Counted from the first letter of the stretch, positions 30,454 through 42,284 are shown. The stretch is DNA of 64,000 nucleotides from an uncultured Bacilli bacterium (GCA_947598325.1 CANQFD010000002.1:26765-90764), one strand, 5' to 3'. Numbers and translations are program-made. The notes: generated from the sequence alone by a model not told the origin.

Positions 30454-31641
30454 TTAATTTAATTTATTTCCTTTAAAAATTGAATTACTGCCATATTCAT
30501 TATTAATTTTATCTATAAGATTTTCAATTACTTCCTTATTTTTATTATCTAAATTTTTATCAAATAAAGATAGTTGATAATTACCTGAATTAGTAAAATC
30601 TACGGCTCTAAGACCTATTAATCTAATCTCTTCTCTATTCCATACTTCATTAAATAGTTCTTTTGCTTTTTCATATATATCTTCAGTAAAAACAAAAGAA
30701 TTTGTATATTTTTTCTGGTGATTACTTGTTTTAAATTCAAAATCTCTAATTGTTACCATTAATGTAGTTGCATATACCTTTTTTTCTCTTAATTTCTTTG
30801 ATATTTTTTTAGAAAAAGAATACAAAGTTTTATAAATCAATTCTATATCATCTGTATCATATTCCAATGTTCTAGAAAATCCAATTCCCTTTCTATCAAG
30901 ATATTTATCAGTTTCTATCTTACTATCATCTATACAATTAGCATATTCATAAAGTAATTTACCCTGTGATTTCAAATTTCTAACAAGCATATCTACATCT
31001 GCAGTAGCAAGCTCCCCAATTGTATTTATATTAAGTTCCTTTAATTTTTTACATGATGATTTTCCTGCCATAAATAATTGTGATATATCTTTATCCCAAA
31101 CTTTTTCCTTAAATTCATTCTTATATAAAGTATGAACCTTATTTGGTTTTTCAAAATCTGAAGCCATTTTAGCAGACAATTTATTATTACCTATACCTAT
31201 ATTAACTGTAAAGCCAAATTTTTCATAAATTTCATCCTTTAATTTATATGCATATTTTACTTCATCTCCATATAAAAATTTCATGGATGTATAATCAATA
31301 AAACACTCATCAATAGAATATTGTTGAATTTCAGGAAATAATCCTTTTAAATAATCCATTAATGCTTTAGATTTACTATAATAATAATTATAATCTGGTT
31401 TTATAACTAACAAACTTTTACATTTATTTCTTGCTTCATATAAATTTATTGGAGGTTTTATACCTATTCTTTTAGCAGGAATAGATGCAGCTACTATAAC
31501 ACCATGTCTCTTATTTGGATCTCCCGCTATTACTGATATTTCATTTCTAATATCTTTTTTATAGCCTTCTTCTAATAATTTTAATGCAGACCATGATAAA
31601 AAGGCACTATTAACATCAATATGTAATATTATTTTTTCCAA
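30454..31641 (-). CDS. Y-family DNA polymerase (UmuC/PolY2-like)
   Basis: ILHIDVNSAFLSW resembles the UmuC-type DVNAFYAS motif, and the palm/little-finger length fits. Start moved to the TTG at 31641, 7 nt after RBS GAGGTG. The longer track ORF adds 23 unconserved residues. Confidence 0.8.
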   Translation of the reverse strand: MEKIILHIDVNSAFLSWSALKLLEEGYKKDIRNEISVIAGDPNKRHGVIVAASIPAKRIGIKPPINLYEARNKCKSLLVIKPDYNYYYSKSKALMDYLKGLFPEIQQYSIDECFIDYTSMKFLYGDEVKYAYKLKDEIYEKFGFTVNIGIGNNKLSAKMASDFEKPNKVHTLYKNEFKEKVWDKDISQLFMAGKSSCKKLKELNINTIGELATADVDMLVRNLKSQGKLLYEYANCIDDSKIETDKYLDRKGIGFSRTLEYDTDDIELIYKTLYSFSKKISKKLREKKVYATTLMVTIRDFEFKTSNHQKKYTNSFVFTEDIYEKAKELFNEVWNREEIRLIGLRAVDFTNSGNYQLSLFDKNLDNKNKEVIENLIDKINNEYGSNSIFKGNKLN

Positions 31642-31755
31642 GAATAAACACCTCTTTTTTATTATAGCAAACATTTGTTTCAGATGCAATATAGACTTAA
31701 ACACATACAAAAATTAAACCATTGTCATAGTATATTAGCGGAAAGGATGATTATA

Positions 31756-32133
31756 ATGAATAATTCAAATAATTTTAATGATATATCTAACTCTAATAAA
31801 CTAGTATCACCAAAAGAAGCTCTTAATAGAGGTAATTTATTTGAAAACATTTATTGGCCATATAAATATGTTTCAAATCTAAAACCTCAAAATAAAAGAC
31901 AGGAATTAATGCAAAATATTCAAGCATATGGATTCGCAGCACATGAATTAAATTTATATTTAGATGTATACCCAAATGATATGCAAGCTGTTGGTTTATA
32001 TAATCAATATAAAGAAATGTCAGATAAATATTTAAATGAATATGAAAAAGAATTCGGTCCAGTTATTCTTGATTCAAATGAAAAATATCCTTGGATGTGG
32101 ATAAATAGTCCATGGCCATGGGAAAAACTTTAG
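31756..32133 (+). CDS. Spore coat protein, apparent CotJA-CotJB fusion
   Basis: The N-terminal part (SPKEALNRGNLFENIYWPYKY) matches the CotJA signature (SP.EAL..GTLW..LY..Y). The C-terminal part (LMQNIQAYGFAAHELNLYLDVYPNDMQAVGLYNQY...EFGP) matches CotJB. Start taken at the ATG at 31756, 8 nt after AAAGGA. Confidence 0.7.
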   Translation: MNNSNNFNDISNSNKLVSPKEALNRGNLFENIYWPYKYVSNLKPQNKRQELMQNIQAYGFAAHELNLYLDVYPNDMQAVGLYNQYKEMSDKYLNEYEKEFGPVILDSNEKYPWMWINSPWPWEKL

Positions 32134-32143
32134 GAGGTTTATT

Positions 32144-32722
32144 ATGTGGAAATATGAAAAAAAATTACAATATCCTGTAAACATTAAAAAGAAAAATGTT
32201 CAAATGGCGAAATATATTATTACCCAAAATGGTGGTGCTAATGGAGAACTTGCAGCTACACTTAGATATTTAAATCAAAGATATACAATGCCTGATGAAA
32301 AAGGTAAAGCCGTTTTATCAGATATTGCAACAGAAGAAATGGCACATATGGAAATAATAAGTGCTATGGTATATCAACTACTTGATGGTGCTACTCCTGA
32401 AGAATTAAGAGAAGCAGGTCTTGGAAGTCAATATACTGAACATGGAAATGCAGTTTATCCACAAGATTCAAATGGAGTTCCATTTACCGCAGCATATTTT
32501 GCAGTAACTGGAGATCCACTCGCTGATATTGCAGAAGATATGGCAGCAGAACAAAAAGCAAGAGCAACATATGAAAATTTAATGAATTTAACTGATGATG
32601 AAGATATATTAGGGCCACTTTCCTTTTTAAGGCAAAGAGAAGTAATCCACTATGAAAGATTTAAAGAATTATATGAAGATTATGCAAAAATGTTTTTAGG
32701 AGATAAAAGTTATTTAATTTAA
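32144..32722 (+). CDS. cotJC: Spore coat protein CotJC (manganese catalase-like)
   Basis: MWKYEKKLQYPVNIKKKNVQMAKYIITQNGGANGELAATLRYLNQRY...EEMAHMEII. This is the ferritin-like Mn-catalase fold signature. Confidence 0.9.
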   Translation: MWKYEKKLQYPVNIKKKNVQMAKYIITQNGGANGELAATLRYLNQRYTMPDEKGKAVLSDIATEEMAHMEIISAMVYQLLDGATPEELREAGLGSQYTEHGNAVYPQDSNGVPFTAAYFAVTGDPLADIAEDMAAEQKARATYENLMNLTDDEDILGPLSFLRQREVIHYERFKELYEDYAKMFLGDKSYLI

Positions 32723-32746
32723 AAAAGCATACATTAAGATGCTTTT

Positions 32747-33025
32747 TTAATTACCACTTTTATTTTTATCTTTCTTATCAGAATTCAAATCCTGTAAATC
32801 TTTATTAACATCAACAGGTGACATAACTATTGTTGGTTCCTTTTCATAACCGTATGAAAATTCTTGATTATTTTCTGAAACTCCTATATTTTCAATATCC
32901 AATATACTCATAGGCTTTTCTTCTACTTTCTTTCTGTTTTTAATAAATATAATAAATAATATAATGGCTATTAATACTATTAGCCCTACTATAATTACTA
33001 AAATACTACTACTCATAATCACCAT
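32747..33025 (-). CDS. Small single-pass membrane protein
   Basis: N-terminal TM helix (ILVIIVGLIVLIAIILFIIFI) followed by a charged tail. Confidence 0.5.
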   Translation of the reverse strand: MVIMSSSILVIIVGLIVLIAIILFIIFIKNRKKVEEKPMSILDIENIGVSENNQEFSYGYEKEPTIVMSPVDVNKDLQDLNSDKKDKNKSGN

Positions 33026-33091
33026 CCCTATAATAAATATACACTAATATAATATAAATTTCAATAATCATTCAATATCTTTTTTCATATA

Positions 33092-33120
33092 TTGACTTTT
33101 ATATTAATTTTAGATACAAT
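33092..33120 (+). promoter_or_regulatory. Sigma-A-type promoter for the tRNA-Cys/tRNA-Gly pair
   Basis: TTGACT (33092-33097), a 17-nt spacer, then TACAAT (33115-33120), about 40 nt upstream of the first tRNA. Confidence 0.65.
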
Positions 33121-33159
33121 GAATATGCAATTAATTTTTGCATATATTTTAATAAAAAT

Positions 33160-33233
33160 GGGTCTATAGCCAAGTGGTAAGGCACGGGACTGCAACTCCC
33201 TGATCGTTGGTTCAAATCCGACTAGGCCCTCCA
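33160..33233 (+). tRNA. tRNA-Cys (anticodon GCA)
   Basis: GGGTCTATAGCCAAGTGGTAAGGCACGGGACTGCAACTCCCTGATCGTTGGTTCAAATCCGACTAGGCCCTCCA. The acceptor, D and T arms pair. Anticodon loop is CTGCAAC and CCA is encoded. Confidence 0.85.
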
Positions 33234-33234
33234 T

Positions 33235-33309
33235 GCAGGTGTAGTACAATGGTTAGTACGCAGCCTTGCCAAGGCCGAGATGGGAGTTCGATTCTCCTCA
33301 CTTGCTCCA
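33235..33309 (+). tRNA. tRNA-Gly (anticodon GCC)
   Basis: GCAGGTGTAGTACAATGGTTAGTACGCAGCCTTGCCAAGGCCGAGATGGGAGTTCGATTCTCCTCACTTGCTCCA. Anticodon loop is TTGCCAA. There is one A-C mismatch in the anticodon stem. CCA is encoded. Confidence 0.85.
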
Positions 33310-33355
33310 ATATGATAGGAAACTCGAACTTTTAAGATTTCGAGAGTAATAAATG

Positions 33356-33378
33356 CTAACAGAAATGTTAGTTTTTTT
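33356..33378 (+). terminator. Rho-independent terminator of the tRNA operon
   Basis: CTAACA-GAAA-TGTTAG followed by TTTTTTT. It is preceded by a second hairpin CTCGAA-N10-TTCGAG at 33323-33344. Confidence 0.7.
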
Positions 33379-33411
33379 GTTATCTAAATTTAGAAAGTGA
33401 GAGTGATATAT

Positions 33412-33687
33412 ATGTTAACAATAGAAACTAAAGAATTAGAAATAAGTGATGAACTAAAAAGAAAGGTTGAAATGATATGTAAGTTTGCTTGTGCTAAACC
33501 TACTATCACAAATGGAAATATCAAAAGCATTAAAGAAACAAATATTGCTTATGTAATGCCACATATTATTAAAATTAATAATATTGATTATTTAATGTTT
33601 GACGAATGTGATGACATATTTGTTAATGGTTATGATGAAAAAATAAAGTTTAAAGACTTTGAAAACTACATTAAAAGCCATTTTTAA
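33412..33687 (+). CDS. Hypothetical small protein (91 aa from the ATG at 33412). Membership in the element is uncertain
   Basis: ORF MLTIETKELEISDELKRKVEMICKF... with no recognisable motif. The track start (GTG at 33397) is less likely. Confidence 0.45.
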   Translation: MLTIETKELEISDELKRKVEMICKFACAKPTITNGNIKSIKETNIAYVMPHIIKINNIDYLMFDECDDIFVNGYDEKIKFKDFENYIKSHF

Positions 33688-33696
33688 GCCAATGGT

Positions 33697-33724
33697 TTGA
33701 CATTTCTTAAAAAAGTGATAGAAT
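33697..33724 (+). promoter_or_regulatory. Near-consensus extended -10 promoter upstream of the recombinase leader
   Basis: TTGACA (33697-33702), a 16-nt spacer, then TGaTAGAAT (-10 at 33719-33724). Confidence 0.65.
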
Positions 33725-33770
33725 ATTCAAACAGGAAAACTTATGTCTATTTAAGGGGGGTTAAATAGTT

Positions 33771-33830
33771 ATGAGATTCAAGTTTAAAAGTAATTTATAT
33801 TCAAGATTAAATTTTAAGAGGTGTCAATAG
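33771..33830 (+). CDS. Candidate 19-codon leader peptide (MRFKFKSNLYSRLNFKRCQ)
   Basis: The ATG at 33771 lies 10 nt after AAGGGGGG. The stop TAG (33828-33830) lies inside the 5' arm of the downstream hairpin. Confidence 0.3.
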   Translation: MRFKFKSNLYSRLNFKRCQ

Positions 33831-33861
33831 TATTAACTAGTACTTTTGACGCCTCTTTTTT
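33816..33861 (+). terminator. Terminator-like 42-bp dyad immediately upstream of the recombinase RBS (alternative reading: att-type site)
   Basis: AAGAGGTGTCAATAGTATTAA|CTAGTACTTTTGACGCCTCTT. 17 of 21 positions are symmetric, and TTTTTT follows. The recombinase RBS AAAGGAG is at 33866-33872. Confidence 0.5.
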
Positions 33862-33879
33862 AGTAAAAGGAGTTGATAA

Positions 33880-36982
<3,103 letters not shown>

Positions 36983-36983
36983 A

Positions 36984-37013
36984 AAGCCGAGCAAATTTCA
37001 AATGCTCGGCTTT
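36984..37013 (+). terminator. Terminator hairpin after the relaxase gene
   Basis: AAGCCGAGCA-N9-TGCTCGGCTT followed by a short T-run, 2 nt after the stop. Confidence 0.6.
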
Positions 37014-37040
37014 AATAAAACCATTTTTCCGAAATGGTAA

Positions 37041-37075
37041 CACACTACGCTATTGGCAGAGCCAATAACGGTGTG
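37041..37075 (+). promoter_or_regulatory. Candidate oriT hairpin for the MOBV relaxase
   Basis: CACAC-TACGC-TATTGGC-AGA-GCCAATA-ACG-GTGTG, followed by CAAAGGG. It is locally GC-rich in an AT-rich context. The GTGTG at the 3' arm resembles the pMV158-type nick region. Confidence 0.35.
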
Positions 37076-37147
37076 CAAAGGGAATATTCCCTTTTGAAAC
37101 CTTTTTATTTATTTTCAAGATTTTGCAATGAAAATATACTTACTTTG

Positions 37148-38698
37148 TTACATTTTCATAGATGTTTTTTGTTCTTGTGAAATTTCACCATTATATCTAA
37201 TACTATCTAATTCAGCATTTTTTGGCCTATGTTGTTGTATAAATGATTCCATATCTTTTAAATTTGTTCTTAACATATCTGCAACTTCTATTGGAATATA
37301 ATCTTTAAAATTATCAAATAATGTTTTAAATTCTTGATATGAAATTAATCTCTCATCATAACTTTTTGCTAATGTTGCTTTTTGATTCCATTTATTCATA
37401 ATTTCATTTAAACCATAGTTAATAAATTCCCTATATTTATCTGTTTGTAATTTTGGTATTGCTTGTAAAACACCAAAATATTGATTAGAATCTATCAATG
37501 ACATAACATCATCATTTGAATTTCCTATTGCTGTTTCATTATTAGGTGTTGGATTTGGATTAGAATTTTTATTTTTTGTATTAGACATAGACAATGTTAT
37601 AATTTTATCAATTAAAATAGAATATTCAACTTCTAAATTTTTATTTGTATCATAATCATAAGTTCCTAAAACTTGTTCTATGGATGCTTTACCTTGCATT
37701 AAATCTTTTAAATTTGATGAACTTATTATTTTTTTATGTAATTCTTCAATATTAATTGAAGGCATAGAATAATTGCTATAATTAACTTGTGCTTGGTGAC
37801 CATATTGTTTTTCAACTTCATTTGTTAAATTACTTACAGACATCAAACTAGGTATTTCTTGATGAATAACATTATTACATATTACATTTAATTCTTGCGT
37901 ATCAGAAAATTTACTAATTAAATCTTGAGTATATTTTCCTGCTGATAACTTTTCTATAAATTCACCTAATTGTAAAATTGCTTTTTTTAATTCTTCTTTT
38001 TCAAATAAAATTCTACTTGATGAAACATTATAACTTCCAGAATTAAGATATGATAATCTTCTTTGCAGCTCATTATATTGTTTTTTACTTGTTGCAATTA
38101 AAGTGTTTATTGCTTGATTTGGATTAATAGAAGTATTTTTTTTACTTTCTTGATTTTGTTGATCTTCCTTTACATTTTGATTTTTTTGTAATTGCTGCAT
38201 TTCTTCCATTAGTTGTGGAGTTAATTTTACTAATGAATCTACTATATTTTTGTTATATGATAAAATCATATTTATAATATTTTCTTTTTTACTCATTAAA
38301 TGTTGATAAAATTGTTCTCTTGTTATTCCAGTTTGAAATTTACTTGAAATTTGTGTTGCTAAATTCATAAAATCATCATCTAATGATATAGATTTGGGCT
38401 CATTTTTTCTTAATCTTTCTGTTAAAGAGTTAGAAATACTATCATAATCAACCATATTTTTTTCGGATTTTTGTTGTCTTATTTTTGACAATTCTTCATT
38501 TATCGTATTTTGTAATTGACTTAAAAAGTTTCTCTCTACCAAGTTTAAATCAAAGTGTTCTATGCACTCCTTAATAAATTCATTTAATTTTTCGTTCTCA
38601 CTATTTATTCCAATTGATTTATAAACTTGTTCTCTAATTTCTTTTTCTAAATTTTCATAATTATCTAAAACAATACCAAACATTTCTAATGCTTTCAT
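37148..38698 (-). CDS. Hypothetical 516-aa alpha-helical protein (element cargo, unknown function)
   Basis: Long clean ORF. Start set at the ATG at 38698 (MKALEMFGIV...), 8 nt after GAGAGGAAAG. Q/N/E/K-rich helical sequence with no catalytic or nucleotide-binding motif I can recognise. Confidence 0.7.
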   Translation of the reverse strand: MKALEMFGIVLDNYENLEKEIREQVYKSIGINSENEKLNEFIKECIEHFDLNLVERNFLSQLQNTINEELSKIRQQKSEKNMVDYDSISNSLTERLRKNEPKSISLDDDFMNLATQISSKFQTGITREQFYQHLMSKKENIINMILSYNKNIVDSLVKLTPQLMEEMQQLQKNQNVKEDQQNQESKKNTSINPNQAINTLIATSKKQYNELQRRLSYLNSGSYNVSSSRILFEKEELKKAILQLGEFIEKLSAGKYTQDLISKFSDTQELNVICNNVIHQEIPSLMSVSNLTNEVEKQYGHQAQVNYSNYSMPSINIEELHKKIISSSNLKDLMQGKASIEQVLGTYDYDTNKNLEVEYSILIDKIITLSMSNTKNKNSNPNPTPNNETAIGNSNDDVMSLIDSNQYFGVLQAIPKLQTDKYREFINYGLNEIMNKWNQKATLAKSYDERLISYQEFKTLFDNFKDYIPIEVADMLRTNLKDMESFIQQHRPKNAELDSIRYNGEISQEQKTSMKM

Positions 38699-38956
38699 AA
38701 TATCTTTCCTCTCATAAAATATAATTAGTAATAAATACATTTCTTTAGTCAATTATAACATATTTTTTAATAATTTTTATAATTTTGTTGTAAAATAGGC
38801 AAAAAAATTTGTTTCAAAATGTAAAATATGTAGTATAATCATATTAGTTAGTAGTTATTACTACTTGATTATTGGTATGAGAAAAGTTATTCAACTTCTT
38901 CTCTATACGCTCCATTGACGAATCTGTTCGAACTTTTCGAACATTTAAATATATTT

Positions 38957-38980
38957 CATCTCTACTAGAGATGATTTTTT
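38957..38980 (+). terminator. Orphan plus-strand Rho-independent terminator
   Basis: CATCTCT-ACT-AGAGATG followed by ATTTTTT. No annotated plus-strand gene ends here. Confidence 0.55.
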
Positions 38981-38987
38981 GTTACAA

Positions 38988-39038
38988 TAAAAAATCCCCT
39001 ATAGAACATTTTGATACACCTATCAAAATTTCTAGGGA
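38988..39038 (-). terminator. Terminator of the HD-domain gene
   Basis: Long imperfect hairpin CCCTATAGAACATTTTGATA...TATCAAAATTTCTAGGG, followed on the minus strand by TTTTTTATT. Confidence 0.7.
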
Positions 39039-39043
39039 ATTAA

Positions 39044-39694
39044 TTATTTTAATTTTTTCTTTTTTTCGCTTATTTCATTGTTAATAGCATGATTTGAAAC
39101 TGCTCTAAAATTTTCATCATATGGATAAACTTGTTGCCCAAATTGAAGCCACATAGTTGACCATGAAGCACCTGATTTAAGTAATTTTTGAACTATTTCA
39201 TTATTCATTGTAGCATTACCCTCTTGTTTATCTAAATCAACGCAGCCTTCTTCATCATACAATTTACTTTGTAAATCACATTCTAGTTTATCACACTGAT
39301 ACGCAAATATTGATTCTTTTGTATTATGTGCATCAAATTCTAAAAATAATTCTTCAATTTGATTACCATCTAATAAACCATTTAATATTTTATGTACTGC
39401 TTCATGTTCCATTTTCTCTTTTTCTTCTTTTGATATTTGAAATTGAGTTAAATCACCAATAATAGTCTCACCAAGTTCATGGATAGCGATCATATATATT
39501 ACTTTCATAATATCAACATCATATTGATACTCCGATTTCATAGCAATTGCTAACATTTGAACTCCAAAAATATGTTCAGCAACACTTTCAATTCTTTCTC
39601 TTTTAACATTCCAATCTTTCCAGCCTGTTCTAATTATATTCTTTAACCTATTACATATTACATAATAATTAATGACATTTTGTTCTTTAGACAT
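39044..39694 (-). CDS. HD-domain phosphohydrolase (YfbR-like 5'-nucleotidase family)
   Basis: RTGWKDWNV...ESVAEHIFGVQMLA...AIHELGETIIGDLT. This is the HD_3/YfbR-type motif pattern. Confidence 0.7.
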   Translation of the reverse strand: MSKEQNVINYYVICNRLKNIIRTGWKDWNVKRERIESVAEHIFGVQMLAIAMKSEYQYDVDIMKVIYMIAIHELGETIIGDLTQFQISKEEKEKMEHEAVHKILNGLLDGNQIEELFLEFDAHNTKESIFAYQCDKLECDLQSKLYDEEGCVDLDKQEGNATMNNEIVQKLLKSGASWSTMWLQFGQQVYPYDENFRAVSNHAINNEISEKKKKLK

Positions 39695-39808
39695 ATAGCT
39701 CCTTCTTTCTTGGTATGTTATTATAGCATTTTAATTAAATTTAAACAATAACTCAATTTTTGTAATATTTTCGTTATATATTAAAAAATTGTTAAATTTA
39801 ACAATTTT

Positions 39809-41179
39809 TTATTTTTCATAATCTACTAATAATAATTTATAATATTTCCATGCTAATACTCTAAAAGCTAATTTATCAATTTGTTCTTCACTTAATGTTT
39901 GATTCTTAATAGCATCTTTTATTGAATTAAAACTTTTTTCATAATCTGTAGTAATTATTATATCATTTCCTGCAAGTAGTGCTTTTACTGTTACATCCTC
40001 AATACTATTTACTGCACCCATTCCTATATCATCCGCTATTGAAATACCAGTAAAACCAAGTTTATTTCTAAGAAGATTATGAACACTAGCAGATAATGAG
40101 GCAGGATTACTATTATCTATACCATTTACTGTATTATGACTTACCAAAACTGCTTCCGCTCCTACATCTATACCTGCTTTAAATGGGGGTAAATCATTAT
40201 TTAATATATCATCATATGATCTATTATCTATTGATGAACCTATATGAGTATCTGCATTACCAGAATAGCCAGGAAAATGTTTTAGTGTATAAGATACCCC
40301 TGTACCTTTACTTGATTCAATAACAGTCTTCGCATAAGTTGAAGTCAAATCTGTATCTTGTTTTAATGTTCTTTCATGTATATAATCTCTTTCATTTGTT
40401 GATACATCAACAACAGGTGCTAAATTTAAATTTAATCCTAAATTATATAATATTCTACTTTTATCTATAGTATCTTCTTTAATTTTATTAAATCCACCTA
40501 ATGTATATAAATCACTTGGAGATTTAAACTTTTCACTTACTAATGCCGGGTTACTACTAACTCTTACTATACTACCACCTTCTTCATCCACTGCAGTTAA
40601 TAATGGAATATTTGACTCATTCTGAAGTTTATTTATCATTAACTTTACTTCAGACTCTGTCTTATTTCTGAAATCTTTTTCATAAAATACAACGCCGCCA
40701 ACGTTATACTTTTTAACTACCTCATCTTGATTTTCATCTGGATATCTAACTAATAGTAATTGACCTATTTTCTCATCTAATGATAATTTTTTTAACTTAT
40801 TATATGCTTGTTTATAATAATTACTAAATATTCCATTTTCAGACCAACTACTTGGTATACCAATTTCATCTGTTCCTTCCATAGCTTCAGAGTAAGTAAT
40901 AACTTTACAGTTTTGATTACTAGTATTTTTATCAAGTACTCCAGTATATTCTATTGTTATACTATCTCCAACATCTAAACTATCATTAGCAACATCAAAA
41001 GTATAAATAATATAATTAGGATCTTGAATAGTAACTTTACTATCATCACATGTCATAACTGTGCCAAATAGAGTTTTTTTATCTTCCTTACTACTATTTT
41101 TATTTACTAAGGAAGTAGCGCCAACAACTAAAGCCATAACAAATAACAAACTAACAAAAACTAAAATTTTTTTATTCAT
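39809..41179 (-). CDS. Secreted glycoside hydrolase family 3 beta-N-acetylhexosaminidase (NagZ-like) with an extra N-terminal domain
   Basis: Signal/anchor sequence. GH3 motifs AVDEEGGSIVRV and KHFPGYSGNADTHIG. Confidence 0.8.
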   Translation of the reverse strand: MNKKILVFVSLLFVMALVVGATSLVNKNSSKEDKKTLFGTVMTCDDSKVTIQDPNYIIYTFDVANDSLDVGDSITIEYTGVLDKNTSNQNCKVITYSEAMEGTDEIGIPSSWSENGIFSNYYKQAYNKLKKLSLDEKIGQLLLVRYPDENQDEVVKKYNVGGVVFYEKDFRNKTESEVKLMINKLQNESNIPLLTAVDEEGGSIVRVSSNPALVSEKFKSPSDLYTLGGFNKIKEDTIDKSRILYNLGLNLNLAPVVDVSTNERDYIHERTLKQDTDLTSTYAKTVIESSKGTGVSYTLKHFPGYSGNADTHIGSSIDNRSYDDILNNDLPPFKAGIDVGAEAVLVSHNTVNGIDNSNPASLSASVHNLLRNKLGFTGISIADDIGMGAVNSIEDVTVKALLAGNDIIITTDYEKSFNSIKDAIKNQTLSEEQIDKLAFRVLAWKYYKLLLVDYEK

Positions 41180-41252
41180 AACATCACCATCACTAAATTA
41201 TATTAAAAAAATTGTTATTTATTCAAATTCCTAGTAAAAAAGATAAAATAAA

Positions 41253-42188
41253 TTATATAGCAATTAATGTTATTTCAGTTGGATAGATAGGAGAACTATT
41301 AAATCTTAAATAAAATTTATAATCATTGTTCATTTCATATATCATTTTAGGAATTTTCCATAAATCCTCATTATTATGATATACAGATATTAAAAGTTTA
41401 GGATGATCATTAATTATATGATTTTTTGCACCTTCTATCATTTTTTGTTCAAACCCTTCAATATCAGATTTTATTAATGTAATTTTTTCATCAATATCTT
41501 TATCTAATGTAGTAACAGAAATTTTTCCATTTTCATTAGAAATAAGTCTATTAGCAGATGAACTTTCAATATTATTATCAATATCCATTACACCTTCCTC
41601 ATTAGAAATACCTTTTAATCTACATTCAATATTTTCATAAGGTTCTAAATTATTTTTCAACATTTCAAATGTATCCTCAGTTATCTCATAACAATATATT
41701 TTTTTATAACAATCTTCTCCATAATTTCTAATATACGAAAGGACTGTATCGCCCGTATATGCACCTAGATCTACTATAACTTCATTGCTATCACATTTTA
41801 TCAAATCTAAATCAAAATAATCATCATACATATATTCTCTTGATCTATAAGTATTTGCAAAATCATATCTATAAAAATTACTTAAAATAGAAAACAATGT
41901 ATATTTAGACCTATAATCACCTAAACAATTATACAACCATATAAAATCATCAATATGATTATAAAACATATCACACTTAAGTTCTATCTGTTCATAATTA
42001 CCAGTATTTATGTCTATCTTTCCCCAATATCCAAATTTATTAAAAAAATCTATACAACTTTTTTTAGTTTCATCTGATATTGCATCAAAACTTTTTCTAA
42101 TTCTATAATACAGTTCCTTTTCACTAAGCTGTCTTATTTCATTTACTAGATTATTAAATTCTCTATCTATTACATTCAAAAAAATCAC
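41253..42188 (-). CDS. FkbM-family SAM-dependent methyltransferase
   Basis: VIVDLGAYTGDT (SAM-binding loop) and the FkbM-like C-terminal half. Confidence 0.65.
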   Translation of the reverse strand: MIFLNVIDREFNNLVNEIRQLSEKELYYRIRKSFDAISDETKKSCIDFFNKFGYWGKIDINTGNYEQIELKCDMFYNHIDDFIWLYNCLGDYRSKYTLFSILSNFYRYDFANTYRSREYMYDDYFDLDLIKCDSNEVIVDLGAYTGDTVLSYIRNYGEDCYKKIYCYEITEDTFEMLKNNLEPYENIECRLKGISNEEGVMDIDNNIESSSANRLISNENGKISVTTLDKDIDEKITLIKSDIEGFEQKMIEGAKNHIINDHPKLLISVYHNNEDLWKIPKMIYEMNNDYKFYLRFNSSPIYPTEITLIAI

Positions 42189-42284
42189 GCTCCTTATTTG
42201 ATTATATTATCAAAGCGTGAATAATATTTTATAAGATATAGTTATTTAATGTCGATTATTAACTAAAATCCGATAAAATATCAA

